Assembly: GCA_964407715.1 (NCBI GenBank)
Contig: CAYOWP010000002.1
Span: 53,838 to 113,226, forward strand
Reading direction: 5' to 3'
DNA: 59,389 nucleotides
Source of the DNA: an uncultured archaeon
Lineage (GTDB): Archaea > EX4484-52 > JAADEF01
The position numbers and the translations under genes are program-made. The notes beneath the pieces were generated by a model. It had not been told where the DNA came from, made no database searches, and saw only the letters and a program-made list of their open reading frames with translations. Below are positions 28,266 through 37,827 of this stretch, one piece after another; position 1 is the first letter of the stretch; each line of letters starts with the position of its first letter.

Positions 28266-29183
28266 ATGGTACTATCCTCTAAAGAGATTGAGTTTTTAAA
28301 CTCAAGAATAAAAATAAGGAGAGATGATTTTTTAGAGATAACATCACGTATATCTCCAAAAAGGAGGGAAAGACATATATTCAGATATGCTGAAAAAGGA
28401 GAAAAAGGAATATGCATATTCTGCAAGGAAAATTTGAGGAGATATGTAAAAATTGAAATTAATGGAAAGATATATAGAAGAGGAGAAAGCATAATTTTTT
28501 ATAATAAATATCCTTTTGCATCACACCATCTTGTGGGATTGCTATGTGAAAAACATAACTTAGAAATGAGTGAGTTCTCTAAGGAGATGTTTGAAAACCT
28601 ATTGTTATTGACAAGAGAATACTATAAAGATGAAGGTCTCGACAATTTTTATGTATATTTTAACATGAACTTTTCTCCAGAGGCAGGGGCATCACAACAA
28701 CACCCTCATGTGCAAATATATATAGAAGATGCAAAAAGCACGCTTCATAGAACAATTGAAAAGAACAAAAATCTTTTTGCTATGTGGTTAGAGCAACATA
28801 AAGAAAAAGGATTACTTATAAACAAGAAAGATATCAAATATATATTTAACTATGCTCCTCTGGGCAATAATAACATAACCATACACCTTCCTTTCTCATC
28901 TTCCAAAGAGATGTTAAGGCTGAAAAGCATAAAGTTATTAAGTAATGGAATTATAAATATTATTCATCTCTATGATACTCTAAATGAGAGATGTTTTAAT
29001 TTTAGCATATTTCCAACAAAGATTGGCACATTTGGATTTTTTATAACTCGAAATCAAGCGCGAGAAAGATATGTCAATGATAGAGGATTCATGGAAACAA
29101 TATTGCGTGAAATTGTGGTTAACACAGACCCTAAGGAGATATCAAAAGCCTTCAATTCTTTTTTAAGAGAACACGAGGCTTAG
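28266..29183 (+). CDS. GalT-like HIT-superfamily nucleotidyltransferase/phosphorylase (Gal-1-P uridylyltransferase family)
   Basis: His-phi-His-phi-Gln motif (QQHPHVQIY) characteristic of the GalT branch of the HIT superfamily, plus an N-terminal Cys pair (CIFC) like the GalT zinc site. Confidence 0.5.
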   Translation: MVLSSKEIEFLNSRIKIRRDDFLEITSRISPKRRERHIFRYAEKGEKGICIFCKENLRRYVKIEINGKIYRRGESIIFYNKYPFASHHLVGLLCEKHNLEMSEFSKEMFENLLLLTREYYKDEGLDNFYVYFNMNFSPEAGASQQHPHVQIYIEDAKSTLHRTIEKNKNLFAMWLEQHKEKGLLINKKDIKYIFNYAPLGNNNITIHLPFSSSKEMLRLKSIKLLSNGIINIIHLYDTLNERCFNFSIFPTKIGTFGFFITRNQARERYVNDRGFMETILREIVVNTDPKEISKAFNSFLREHEA

Positions 29184-29199
29184 TTCAACAATTATACAC

Positions 29200-29446
29200 T
29201 TCTTTAAAAGGCTACTTTTTAACAAGGAATTATACCCCATCAATGAGCAGCAGTAGAGCAGCTAACCTTAAAGATGACATGCTACAAAACCTATAGTAAT
29301 AGCGATTTCTTCCAGTTAACAAAATCATTTAAAATGGTTAACAGGAAGCATAGCCTTATTCAAAGGGTTAAATCGCTATAAGTGCTATTTGCGTGTTAAG
29401 TTTCCGCTTAACAAAATTTTGTTAATAAGGGATTATTGGACAACGC
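29200..29446. repeat. dispersed repeat family, locus C: extended copy ending in a TIR variant (ATTATTGGACAACGCC)
   Basis: 29213-29443 is the near-exact reverse complement of part of locus F (48250-48470). It includes the core GGTTAACAGGAAGCATAGCCTTATTCAAAGGGTTAAATCGCTATAAGTGCTATTTGCGTGTTAAGTTTCCGCTTAAC. Confidence 0.75.
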
Positions 29447-29502
29447 CAGAACACAAGAATTAAACGCAAAAAATATATCCTATAATGAGAAAAATATAAT
29501 AT

Positions 29503-30321
29503 ATGGTCTTAGATATTATTTTTAAACCACAAGATTTGGAGACCCATCCTTTGGAGATGTTCATTTATAGTTTTCTTGTTACATCATTAAGCAGTATCTT
29601 TGCTTTAATCATTTTCAGTGAGCATTCCTCTGTTGTTTTTCCATTTCTTGTTACGTTGGCATTGTTGCCAGCGATGCATAAGATATTGAAGGATCAGGAA
29701 AGGATAGAGGAAAGATTTGAGAATCTCTCGTTTTTTGAAAGATATAAAAAGATATTGGAAATATATACTTTTTTCTTTTTGGGTGTAGTGTTTTCTGTTA
29801 TCTTCACAATGGCTTTTTTGCCAAACAATTTTTGTGAAAAATTATTTTCTGATCAAATCTCAACCATAAATGCCATACGCAACGAGAATATTGAGATTCA
29901 GGGAAAATATTATAGCACATATGAAGACTTCTTAAGCATCTCTTATAATAACATTAAGGTTTTGGTTATTGCATTTCTTCTCAGTTTCTTTTTTGGTAGC
30001 GGTGCTTTGTTTATTTTATCATGGAATGCATCTGTTGTGGGAGTATTCATCTCGCTATATGCAAAGATATTGTCAGATGCATATGATAAGCATATCTTAA
30101 TATCACATATTGAAGCATTTTTGAGCATTTCTTTACATGGCATTCCTGAGGTCTTTGGATATTTTCTTGGTGGAATTGCAGGTGCTGTGCTATCTTTTGG
30201 TCTTGTTGAAGGAGAAAATAGAAAGATTATTTTATGTGATTCTTTTAAGACATTGTTAGTTGCTATTTTCTTTATTTTATTAGGTGCTTTCTTAGAAAGT
30301 TTTATTGTTGCTTCACTATAA
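29503..30321 (+). CDS. integral membrane protein (6 TM; SpoIIM/DUF95-like topology)
   Basis: 272 aa and hydrophobic. Family call is tentative. Confidence 0.35.
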   Translation: MVLDIIFKPQDLETHPLEMFIYSFLVTSLSSIFALIIFSEHSSVVFPFLVTLALLPAMHKILKDQERIEERFENLSFFERYKKILEIYTFFFLGVVFSVIFTMAFLPNNFCEKLFSDQISTINAIRNENIEIQGKYYSTYEDFLSISYNNIKVLVIAFLLSFFFGSGALFILSWNASVVGVFISLYAKILSDAYDKHILISHIEAFLSISLHGIPEVFGYFLGGIAGAVLSFGLVEGENRKIILCDSFKTLLVAIFFILLGAFLESFIVASL

Positions 30322-31299
30322 AATATTGTTTAACACATCCTTTAATATTTCTCGTATTTCATTCATTTCCTTTTTGTTCTCATATGCACATCCTATCACA
30401 GATTCGTGTCCTCCACAAACAAATCCCTTTTCCTTTAATCCCTTAGATATTCCCTTATCAAACAATCTCAATTTTCTATCATATCTAATGCTTATCCTTT
30501 TGCTTTTATAATTTACACATATTGCAATATCAAAACCTAATTGTGTAAGTAGATTTGCTATCTTGCTTTCCTCACTGCCTACAAAGGTATAGGCACACCA
30601 ATAATCCTTTATCTTAAATACCTTTAATCTCTTCAATGCTTTCATCTTTATCTTTTTATCAATATCCTCAAATGATTTATATAAAAATGAGAAGTCTTTC
30701 AAATCTATATTATATTTATTTATTAAAAAAGAGATGATATTAAGATCCTCTTTTGATGCATATCTTAAATATCCAGTATCAGATAATATTCCCGCAATTG
30801 TATATACCGCAATACTCTTATTGATATCAAATAAAAGAGAATATATTTCATATAGCATTCTTGTTAAGGATGAATATCTTTTGATAATATGAAGATCAGC
30901 AATCTCTTCTATCTCGTTCTCTGCATGATGATCAAATAACATAATCTTAATCTTTTTTCTTTTTGATATTTTTTCTCTTATTTTTTTTGGTATTTTATGA
31001 AAATTTGCTGTATCTACAATTAGAAACACCACCTCTTCATTTTTTTCTATTTCAAACTCTGAGGCATCTCTATATAAAAAAGGAAACCTCTCCAACAATT
31101 TTTTTGCTTGAGAATTCATTTTCTCAATTATGATCTCTGATCTAATATTGAATCTCATTAATAAATCCTGAATAATTAACGCGCTACATATTGCATCCAC
31201 ATCTGCATGTTCATGAGGAACTATAAAAAATTTGCTTTTCTTATGCTTCTTTAAAAAATCTTTTAAATTCCTTGTGAAATCAACAATTTCAACATCCAT
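30316..31299 (-). CDS. DHH-family phosphoesterase (NrnA/RecJ-like core)
   Basis: Motifs HEHADVDAICSA (DHH motif I-II region), LIVDTAN, and LFDHH (motif III). 327 aa. Confidence 0.7.
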   Translation of the reverse strand: MDVEIVDFTRNLKDFLKKHKKSKFFIVPHEHADVDAICSALIIQDLLMRFNIRSEIIIEKMNSQAKKLLERFPFLYRDASEFEIEKNEEVVFLIVDTANFHKIPKKIREKISKRKKIKIMLFDHHAENEIEEIADLHIIKRYSSLTRMLYEIYSLLFDINKSIAVYTIAGILSDTGYLRYASKEDLNIISFLINKYNIDLKDFSFLYKSFEDIDKKIKMKALKRLKVFKIKDYWCAYTFVGSEESKIANLLTQLGFDIAICVNYKSKRISIRYDRKLRLFDKGISKGLKEKGFVCGGHESVIGCAYENKKEMNEIREILKDVLNNIL

Positions 31300-31331
31300 A
31301 AATCTTAAGGAGATTTCAATCTTTTAAAAAG

Positions 31332-32777
31332 TTGGAACATATTAAAATTAGAATTATGAACCAGACAGATAGCGAAATACTATATGAGAAATATAAAGAA
31401 AAGATAAAAGAGTATTATTTACAGGATAATTTGCTAAAATATTATCAGCTTTTTGGACAAGACAGGGAGGTGGTTCCTGTAATAAAAGCAAAACATTATG
31501 CTAAAAGACCATCTATGCTATTATATGATACAGATTATAAATTGCATATTCTTGAAGGAGCAACTTCTTTCCATACTTCTGTTGAGAGATGGAAAAATGT
31601 TATGAAACTAAAAGAGATTGGTGAAGATAAGGACAAGATGAATGAGATAAGAAGCGGTTGGGATATTATAATAGATATTGATTCAAAAAGAGGAATAAAT
31701 GATGCAAAAATTGTTGCTAAAACAATTATAGATTTCTTAAGAGATATCTTTGAGATTCATCCTATTTATATTAAATTCTCAGGAAGTAGAGGATTTCATA
31801 TAGGAATAAGCGGCGCTTCTTTACCTCAAAAAATAGATGATGTGCCTATACAATACTTATATCCTGACTTATTACATAAAATATCCATCTATATAAAGGA
31901 AAAGCTTTTGAATACATTTAAGGCTCTTTTAAATTCCAATAATCCTCAAGATATAGTAGAGATAGAAAGCAATTGGTCTTATAGACATCTATTTAGAATG
32001 CCATATTCAATCAATGAGAAAACATATCTAATTAGCGAAGTAATACCTTGTGATGAATTAATGGATTTTGAGCCAGAAAATGCAAGAATAAGGTTCTTAG
32101 ACAAACTTCAACCTTTCTTAGAGAAACCTTCAAAAGGAGATTTAGAGGGTTTATGTTACGAGGCTATAGAATATTATGAAAATAGCGAATATAAAAAAAT
32201 GTTAAAGAACAAAGTAATTGAAAACTTAGAAAAAAGAAAAAAAGGATTCTTTTATGATATAAACTTGGACGAGATATTACAGGAAATCAATACAGCTAAA
32301 GAAGAGCTTATAAGAGAATATGGATCAAAGAGGTTTAATATAAGAGTTGAGGAAGAATTTTTTCCACAAACAATAAAAAACATACTTAAAGGATTGAGTG
32401 ATGGAAGAAAAAGAGGCATATTTATTCTTCTTAATTTCCTTAGAAAGATGAACTGGACCTGGGATGAAATTGAAAAGAAGATAGAGGAATGGAACAATAA
32501 AAATCAGCAACCTTTAAGGGAAAGTTATATAAGAACGCAGATAAGATATTTTAAGAAAAATGAGGAGAAGATAAAGCATATTCCTCCTCCAAATTTTGAG
32601 ACCCAAGGATATTATGATGATATGGGAGTGCTTGATAGGGAAGATTTAAAATTAGGAGTGAAGAACCCTATTACTTATGCATATAAAAAGAAGATGTTGT
32701 ATTTAAAAACAAAGAAAAAACAAAAAAGAAGGGGAAAATATGAGAATATTAATAACAGGAACGCCAGGAACAGGTAA
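31332..32777 (+). CDS. DNA primase, PriS catalytic core fused to a PriL-CTD-like helical domain (Nanoarchaeota-type compact primase)
   Basis: PriS signatures IIIDIDSK (metal-binding DxD) and FSGSRGFHIGI (SGxRGxH). The C-terminal FFPQTIKNILKGLSDGRKRGIFILLNFLRKMNWTWDEI resembles the PriL-CTD FPPCM...GR..FL block, but no cysteines remain for a 4Fe-4S cluster. Confidence 0.6.
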   Translation: MEHIKIRIMNQTDSEILYEKYKEKIKEYYLQDNLLKYYQLFGQDREVVPVIKAKHYAKRPSMLLYDTDYKLHILEGATSFHTSVERWKNVMKLKEIGEDKDKMNEIRSGWDIIIDIDSKRGINDAKIVAKTIIDFLRDIFEIHPIYIKFSGSRGFHIGISGASLPQKIDDVPIQYLYPDLLHKISIYIKEKLLNTFKALLNSNNPQDIVEIESNWSYRHLFRMPYSINEKTYLISEVIPCDELMDFEPENARIRFLDKLQPFLEKPSKGDLEGLCYEAIEYYENSEYKKMLKNKVIENLEKRKKGFFYDINLDEILQEINTAKEELIREYGSKRFNIRVEEEFFPQTIKNILKGLSDGRKRGIFILLNFLRKMNWTWDEIEKKIEEWNNKNQQPLRESYIRTQIRYFKKNEEKIKHIPPPNFETQGYYDDMGVLDREDLKLGVKNPITYAYKKKMLYLKTKKKQKRRGKYENINNRNARNR

Positions 32778-33288
32778 AACTTCAGTAAGTAAAAGATTAA
32801 GTCAACTAATAAAGATGGAGGTTGTTCATCTAAATGATATTATTTTTGAAAAAAATATCTATAAAGAGTATGATAAGGAAAGAGAAAGCTATGTGGTTGA
32901 TTTGGAAAAAATGGAGAGAATATGTAAGGCATATGAAAATGTGATTATTGAGGGACACCTCGCACATTATTGTATGAGAGATGGAGATATAATAATAATC
33001 CTCCGCGCTAATCCTTTAACACTCAAAAAAAGATTAAAAAGAAGAGGATATAATATTAAAAAGATAGAGGAGAATGTTGAAGCAGAGATTGTAGATGCTA
33101 TAACACAAGAGGTCTTAGATTTATCAGAGAGATATGATGTGGAGATATATGAGATAGACACATCTGACAAAAAGATTGATAGAATCGCGATAATAATAAA
33201 GAAGATATTGGAAAACAAAGAATATGGAAGACACTTTTTACCTGGAAATATTGATTATACAGATTATTTACTTGAAGGAAAAATTTAG
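32740..33288 (+). CDS. Fap7/AK6-like P-loop kinase (archaeal adenylate-kinase-like NTPase)
   Basis: MRILITGTPGTGKTS start, 182 aa, typical Fap7/hCINAP-like size and motif. It overlaps the primase 3' end by 38 nt in a different frame. Confidence 0.6.
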   Translation: MRILITGTPGTGKTSVSKRLSQLIKMEVVHLNDIIFEKNIYKEYDKERESYVVDLEKMERICKAYENVIIEGHLAHYCMRDGDIIIILRANPLTLKKRLKRRGYNIKKIEENVEAEIVDAITQEVLDLSERYDVEIYEIDTSDKKIDRIAIIIKKILENKEYGRHFLPGNIDYTDYLLEGKI

Positions 33289-33297
33289 GAGGTTTTT

Positions 33298-33378
33298 TTG
33301 TTAACTGGAAACATAACCTTTCAAAGAAGCGCATGAGAGCAGTTAACCCTTTGAATAGGGCTATGCTTTTCCTTTAAC
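33298..33378. repeat. dispersed repeat family, locus D: core-only copy in reverse orientation, no TIRs
   Basis: Reverse complement reads GGTTAAAGGAAAAGCATAGCCCTATTCAAAGGGTTAACTGCTCTCATGCGCTTCTTTGAAAGGTTATGTTTCCAGTTAACAA. Its two ~19-nt termini (GTTAACTGGAAACATAACC) form a perfect inverted repeat. Confidence 0.75.
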
Positions 33379-33431
33379 CAAATCTCTCAATTCTAAAATT
33401 ATATATGCCAGAAAACCTCATTTAATATATT

Positions 33432-34364
33432 ATGATTCTCTCAAGGAGGAAAGGCATATATTTGATGAATAGATATGTTTTTGATGGAAATCCTACAAGG
33501 GAGAGTGATCTCCTATTTGTGTCTCACGCGCATGAGGATCATTTACCAAATAAAAAAAGCAGAGCCTTGGCATCTTCACTTACAATAGATATTGCCAATA
33601 TTAGAAAAAATAGAGCTTTATTAGATGATGGCTTGTCTCTTTGGACTAATGAGAATTTCTCTCTCTATAATGCGGGTCATGTTCCAGGAAGCAAGATGAT
33701 AAAATTAAAGATTGATAATACAACTATCTTATATACTGGAGATTTCTCTCTTCATGAGAATCCCTTAGTAAAATTTGATTTGCCTTCATGTAGGATTGAT
33801 GTTTTGATTATGGATGCCACATATTTTAGTCCATACTATTCTCTACCAGAACCTAAAAGTGTCATTGATGAAATAATAGATTTTATTCATAGAAATTATA
33901 AAAGTTCAATTTATTTCTTTGTTTATCCCTATGGAAAAAGCCAAATATTAGGAAGTTATTTTGATAAATATGGGATAGATTATACATTTTATATAGGATT
34001 TAAAAAATTAAATGAAACCTTAGAAAGACATCTTAATTATAAGTTTAATGGCAAGTATTTATCATTGGAGGATATAAGAAGAAAAAGCCATGGAATTTTT
34101 ATTTTGCCATTAAAGTATAGACATATGATAAGAGGAGGAATTAAAGTTGGTATAAGCGGATGGGGTAAAAATCCATATTATGCAAAGATGCTAAACCTGG
34201 ATAGGGTTTTTCCATATTCTGATCATGCTGATTTTGATGATCTATTATATTTTATTGAGAAAATTAAACCTGACATAGTTTATGGTTTTCAACTTAATGG
34301 AAATAAAGAATTCTTTGAAAAATATCTTCGGGAAGAATATGAAATCTATGCTCAGGCAATTTGA
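33432..34364 (+). CDS. metallo-beta-lactamase-fold hydrolase
   Basis: HxHxDH motif (SHAHEDH) near the N-terminus and downstream His/Asp ligands. The likely start is the internal MNRYVFDG. Confidence 0.55.
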   Translation: MILSRRKGIYLMNRYVFDGNPTRESDLLFVSHAHEDHLPNKKSRALASSLTIDIANIRKNRALLDDGLSLWTNENFSLYNAGHVPGSKMIKLKIDNTTILYTGDFSLHENPLVKFDLPSCRIDVLIMDATYFSPYYSLPEPKSVIDEIIDFIHRNYKSSIYFFVYPYGKSQILGSYFDKYGIDYTFYIGFKKLNETLERHLNYKFNGKYLSLEDIRRKSHGIFILPLKYRHMIRGGIKVGISGWGKNPYYAKMLNLDRVFPYSDHADFDDLLYFIEKIKPDIVYGFQLNGNKEFFEKYLREEYEIYAQAI

Positions 34365-34369
34365 TATGA

Positions 34370-34440
34370 TGCGCCGGCCGGGAATTGAACCCGGGCCACC
34401 GCCGTGGGAGGGCGGGATCATACCACTAGACCACCGGCGC
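34370..34440 (-). tRNA. tRNA-Gly (anticodon CCC)
   Basis: Reverse complement GCGCCGGTGGTCTAGTGGTATGATCCCGCCCTCCCACGGCGGTGGCCCGGGTTCAATTCCCGGCCGGCGC(A): 7-bp acceptor, anticodon loop CTCCCAC (CCC), T-arm CCGGG-TTCAATT-CCCGG. No intron. Confidence 0.85.
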
Positions 34441-34515
34441 ATTTCTTTGATAATATATTATATCTCCACTTTATTTTTAAAAATAATATAAACCAAAACA
34501 ATAATTTTATTTTTT

Positions 34516-35658
34516 ATGGAAAGGATACACATAATCCATATGCTATATAGATTACCAGAAGAACTCAAGCATTTTGCAATGCTCACAATATTGCGGTATC
34601 TTATCTATTCAGCGATAAACATCTTCTTACCCGCATATCTAATCTACAAATATGATTTAAAAACATCTTTGATGTTCTTGGCGTTTCAATATTTCTTTAT
34701 ATATACCTTTATATCTATTTCCTTTTTCAAAAGGTTAACCTCAAAATGCTCTGCTGAAATGATACAGATACTCTCCACTATATTTGGAGTTTTAGGTATT
34801 GTAGTGGTTTTCCTTATAAAGAATCTCCTTGGGATAATATTTGGAGCGTTTTTGCTAAATCTGAATTTTACTTTATATTGGCTTTCAAAACATTATGTAA
34901 TAGTAAAATATGCAAAAAAAGAAGAGGAGATAGAAGAGTCTGTTATTATTGATAGTATAGGTAGAATAGTATATTTTGTGACACCTCTAATCTCTTCTTA
35001 TATTATCTATAAACTTGGCTATCCAATATATTATGCCATAACCATATTTATTATATTTTCTATAATAGCATACATAATAACAAGAACAAAGAAGAAGAAA
35101 ACATATTTTTATACAAAGGAAAGAGCATTATTTAAATACAAATTATTGTTCTTTTTAGAAGGAGTTATAGGAAGCGGATGGATATTATCAACAACTGCTC
35201 TTTTATTTTATAATATACATACAGATATAAAATTTTATGGTATATTAAAAGGACTTTCGCAGATTCTCATTATAGCCCTTTCTTTTTATATTGCACGAAT
35301 GATAGATAAAAAGCACAATCTTAAGATAAGCATACTCTCTCTTATCTTTTTGGCAATATCCTTCTATCTTTATATTTTGTTTAAAGATAATATTTACGCT
35401 CTATCTATTATTGTAACATTAATATCTTTATTTTATAATCTTGGATCCATTTCTCCATCAGCATTTTTATATGAGTATGCAAAAGCAATAGATTCTGGCA
35501 TAATCTTAGGTAGAGAAATATTACTGACGTTTGGCAGATCCATAATCTTATTTTTAAGTGTTTATTGTCAACAGATAATTTATGTAATTGCTTTTCTTAC
35601 ATCCATTTATGTATTCATATTCTATGAGATTGCCATCAAGCATAGAGATTTGCTATAG
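34516..35658 (+). CDS. polytopic membrane protein (about 10-12 TM; transporter-like)
   Basis: 380 aa and hydrophobic throughout. No diagnostic motif identified. Confidence 0.35.
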   Translation: MERIHIIHMLYRLPEELKHFAMLTILRYLIYSAINIFLPAYLIYKYDLKTSLMFLAFQYFFIYTFISISFFKRLTSKCSAEMIQILSTIFGVLGIVVVFLIKNLLGIIFGAFLLNLNFTLYWLSKHYVIVKYAKKEEEIEESVIIDSIGRIVYFVTPLISSYIIYKLGYPIYYAITIFIIFSIIAYIITRTKKKKTYFYTKERALFKYKLLFFLEGVIGSGWILSTTALLFYNIHTDIKFYGILKGLSQILIIALSFYIARMIDKKHNLKISILSLIFLAISFYLYILFKDNIYALSIIVTLISLFYNLGSISPSAFLYEYAKAIDSGIILGREILLTFGRSIILFLSVYCQQIIYVIAFLTSIYVFIFYEIAIKHRDLL

Positions 35659-35663
35659 CTCTT

Positions 35664-37028
35664 CTATTTCTCATATCTTTTGATTTTTTCATTTATCTTT
35701 TCTATCATATTTTGTAGAAGTATATCATCACAATATGCTCCTTTAAGGCTTTTTATGCTCTCATATCTCTTCCTATCTAAGACATAAAAGTACTTATCTT
35801 TTAGTCCTAAGTCATTTATAGCAATTTCCAAAGCCCTTAAGCTTTCGCTTTCAGGTTTAAGATATGCAAAAATAATATCATAATCCTTATTATTTAAATA
35901 TTCTTCTATTCTTTTTGCATTAATCTCTATGTATGCTTTTTTAATCTCTTCTGTTTCCTCATACTCGGGCCAGTCATATGCATTAAAAGGATACTTATTC
36001 TCAAACTCCCTTGGTATTACTCCAGGATTTGAGATTATAAGTTGGTGTATCTTGGCATAATATGGGGATCTCACAAGATATGATAATATCTTTCTATGTG
36101 TTTTAGAACTGGAATATGGTTTCTTATATGAACAATGTAAAAATAAGGCATACCTTTTTATAGCGGGTTTTTCATAAAAATATGATATATATTCTTGCCA
36201 GATATTATAATAGGGATGAATCAAATTTGAGATCTTTGCTCCTTTAAGTTCATTTTTTGCTTTTTCTTTATATTCCTTAGGAAAATGAGGGTAAATAACA
36301 TAATCCTTTCCATAAATCTCAACTTTTGGATGGTATTTATATTCTCCAACAATTCTATAGAATTCTTTTAGCGTTATAGGCTTCCATCTTCCTTCTAACC
36401 ACCAATCAAAAAGCTCGGCATATCCAGAATATGCAAAGGTATTCATAATGGCTATGCTATCAGAATATTTTAAAGCAAATTCCATTGTATTTTTAAAATC
36501 ATCTTTGACATCTCTTACTCCTGGTAGGTTAACCATAACATATGTTCTTATTTTAAATCCATACTTTTTTGCTATATTCACTGCCCTTAAGAATATTTCT
36601 TTTGTTATACCTTTATTTATTATCTTGAGCACCTCATTATTTGCGCTCTCCAAACCCAATGCTAGATACACCTCTAACCCTTCTGAGTCTTTTTTTAATT
36701 CTTTCATTTTTTTCTCTGTAACAAAAGGGGGCCAAGTTTCAATTACAACCTTTTTAATATTTCTTTTTTTTAATTCATCAAAGATAAATTTCCTAACCTC
36801 TCTCGGTATCTGATTATCATCTATAAAACTGCCAGAATTATAGATCTTCACTACCTCTATTCCTTCTTTTTCCACATTTTTTATCTTTCTCAGAAATTCC
36901 TCTTTTAATTGTTTTTCTGTTTTGTTATAAAATCTTCGTTTTTTACTTAGAACACAAAAAATGCACTTTCTCCATGCACATTTTCCATTTTCTAGAATAA
37001 TAACTTTGCTTTTTAGCCCTTTTAGCAT
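35664..37028 (-). CDS. radical-SAM-like protein with an atypical CX4CX2C cluster motif and a C-terminal domain of unknown function (tRNA-modification-type enzyme suspected)
   Basis: N-terminal CAWRKCIFC (CX4CX2C rather than canonical CX3CX2C), followed by a TIM-barrel-like radical SAM core (YNSGSFID..., GLESANNEVL). The ~200-aa C-terminal extension has no recognisable motif. Confidence 0.45.
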   Translation of the reverse strand: MLKGLKSKVIILENGKCAWRKCIFCVLSKKRRFYNKTEKQLKEEFLRKIKNVEKEGIEVVKIYNSGSFIDDNQIPREVRKFIFDELKKRNIKKVVIETWPPFVTEKKMKELKKDSEGLEVYLALGLESANNEVLKIINKGITKEIFLRAVNIAKKYGFKIRTYVMVNLPGVRDVKDDFKNTMEFALKYSDSIAIMNTFAYSGYAELFDWWLEGRWKPITLKEFYRIVGEYKYHPKVEIYGKDYVIYPHFPKEYKEKAKNELKGAKISNLIHPYYNIWQEYISYFYEKPAIKRYALFLHCSYKKPYSSSKTHRKILSYLVRSPYYAKIHQLIISNPGVIPREFENKYPFNAYDWPEYEETEEIKKAYIEINAKRIEEYLNNKDYDIIFAYLKPESESLRALEIAINDLGLKDKYFYVLDRKRYESIKSLKGAYCDDILLQNMIEKINEKIKRYEK

Positions 37029-37084
37029 AAAGATGATTTACAAAACAAAATTTTTAAAGGTTCAAGATAATTTAGATAAGAATT

Positions 37085-37759
37085 ATGAATAAAGAAGAAT
37101 ACAAAATAATCGCTTTTTGGTTGAGTTTATTTATGCTATTTGTTCATATTCTTCAAATCTTATTTCCAAGCATTAATGAGAAACTCATTCTAAATAATCT
37201 CGCTTATGTTGAGATATACAGATTCGTAACCTCAATATTTTTGCATTCAAGTATGGAGCATCTATTACAGAATGTTATTGGTCTTATGATATTTGGTTTA
37301 ATTTTGGAGGGAGTAGTAGGTTGGAAAAACTTTCTAAAAATCTTTTTACTTAGCGGAATAATAGGTAATATAGCTATGTTAATCTATGATCCTAACATTA
37401 ATGGATTAGGAAGTAGCGGTGGAGTGATGGGAATCATTGGAGCATTGGCATATTTAAGACCATGGATGCCTGTTTATTTCTTTGCACCACTTCCTGTTAT
37501 TTCTCTTGCGATAATATACTTTATAATTGATCTCATAGGCTTAATACATCCTACTGAGAACATAGGATATGCTGCACATATTGGTGGATTTATTACAGGA
37601 GTAATATGGGCACATTTAAATAGAGAAAAATATAAGGATATTAAAACCTTAGAGGAGGATTCAGAAGATATAGATGATGAGGAAGCATATTCTATAATTA
37701 AAAATATAAATTTTAGGATAGAAAAATATTTAAATAAATACTACAATATATTACTATAG
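37085..37759 (+). CDS. rhomboid-family intramembrane serine protease
   Basis: GxSG catalytic serine motif (GSSGGVMGIIGA) in one TM helix and the catalytic His (AHIGGFITG) in the last helix. 6 TM topology. Confidence 0.75.
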   Translation: MNKEEYKIIAFWLSLFMLFVHILQILFPSINEKLILNNLAYVEIYRFVTSIFLHSSMEHLLQNVIGLMIFGLILEGVVGWKNFLKIFLLSGIIGNIAMLIYDPNINGLGSSGGVMGIIGALAYLRPWMPVYFFAPLPVISLAIIYFIIDLIGLIHPTENIGYAAHIGGFITGVIWAHLNREKYKDIKTLEEDSEDIDDEEAYSIIKNINFRIEKYLNKYYNILL

Positions 37760-37827
37760 TGTTTCTGTATATGTACAATATATAGTATCGCTATATATTG
37801 GCATATCTTGAAATAGGAGGGAGAAAT

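Noticed and set aside
27122-28492. Full-length 456-aa ORF as the TyrRS gene
   Set aside because: The N-terminal 94 residues are hydrophobic low-complexity and overlap the GalT-like gene. The internal start at 28210 gives a canonical archaeal TyrRS.
31332-32777. Primase called as a split PriS plus separate PriL
   Set aside because: There is no in-frame stop or frameshift between the PriS core and the PriL-CTD-like region, and no Cys ligands, so it is reported as a single fused protein rather than two genes or a pseudogene.
34245-34491. Overlapping ORFs on both strands (65 and 69 aa) rich in Gly/Pro/Arg
   Set aside because: They overlap the tRNA-Gly gene, a GC-rich island. They are artefacts of the local composition.
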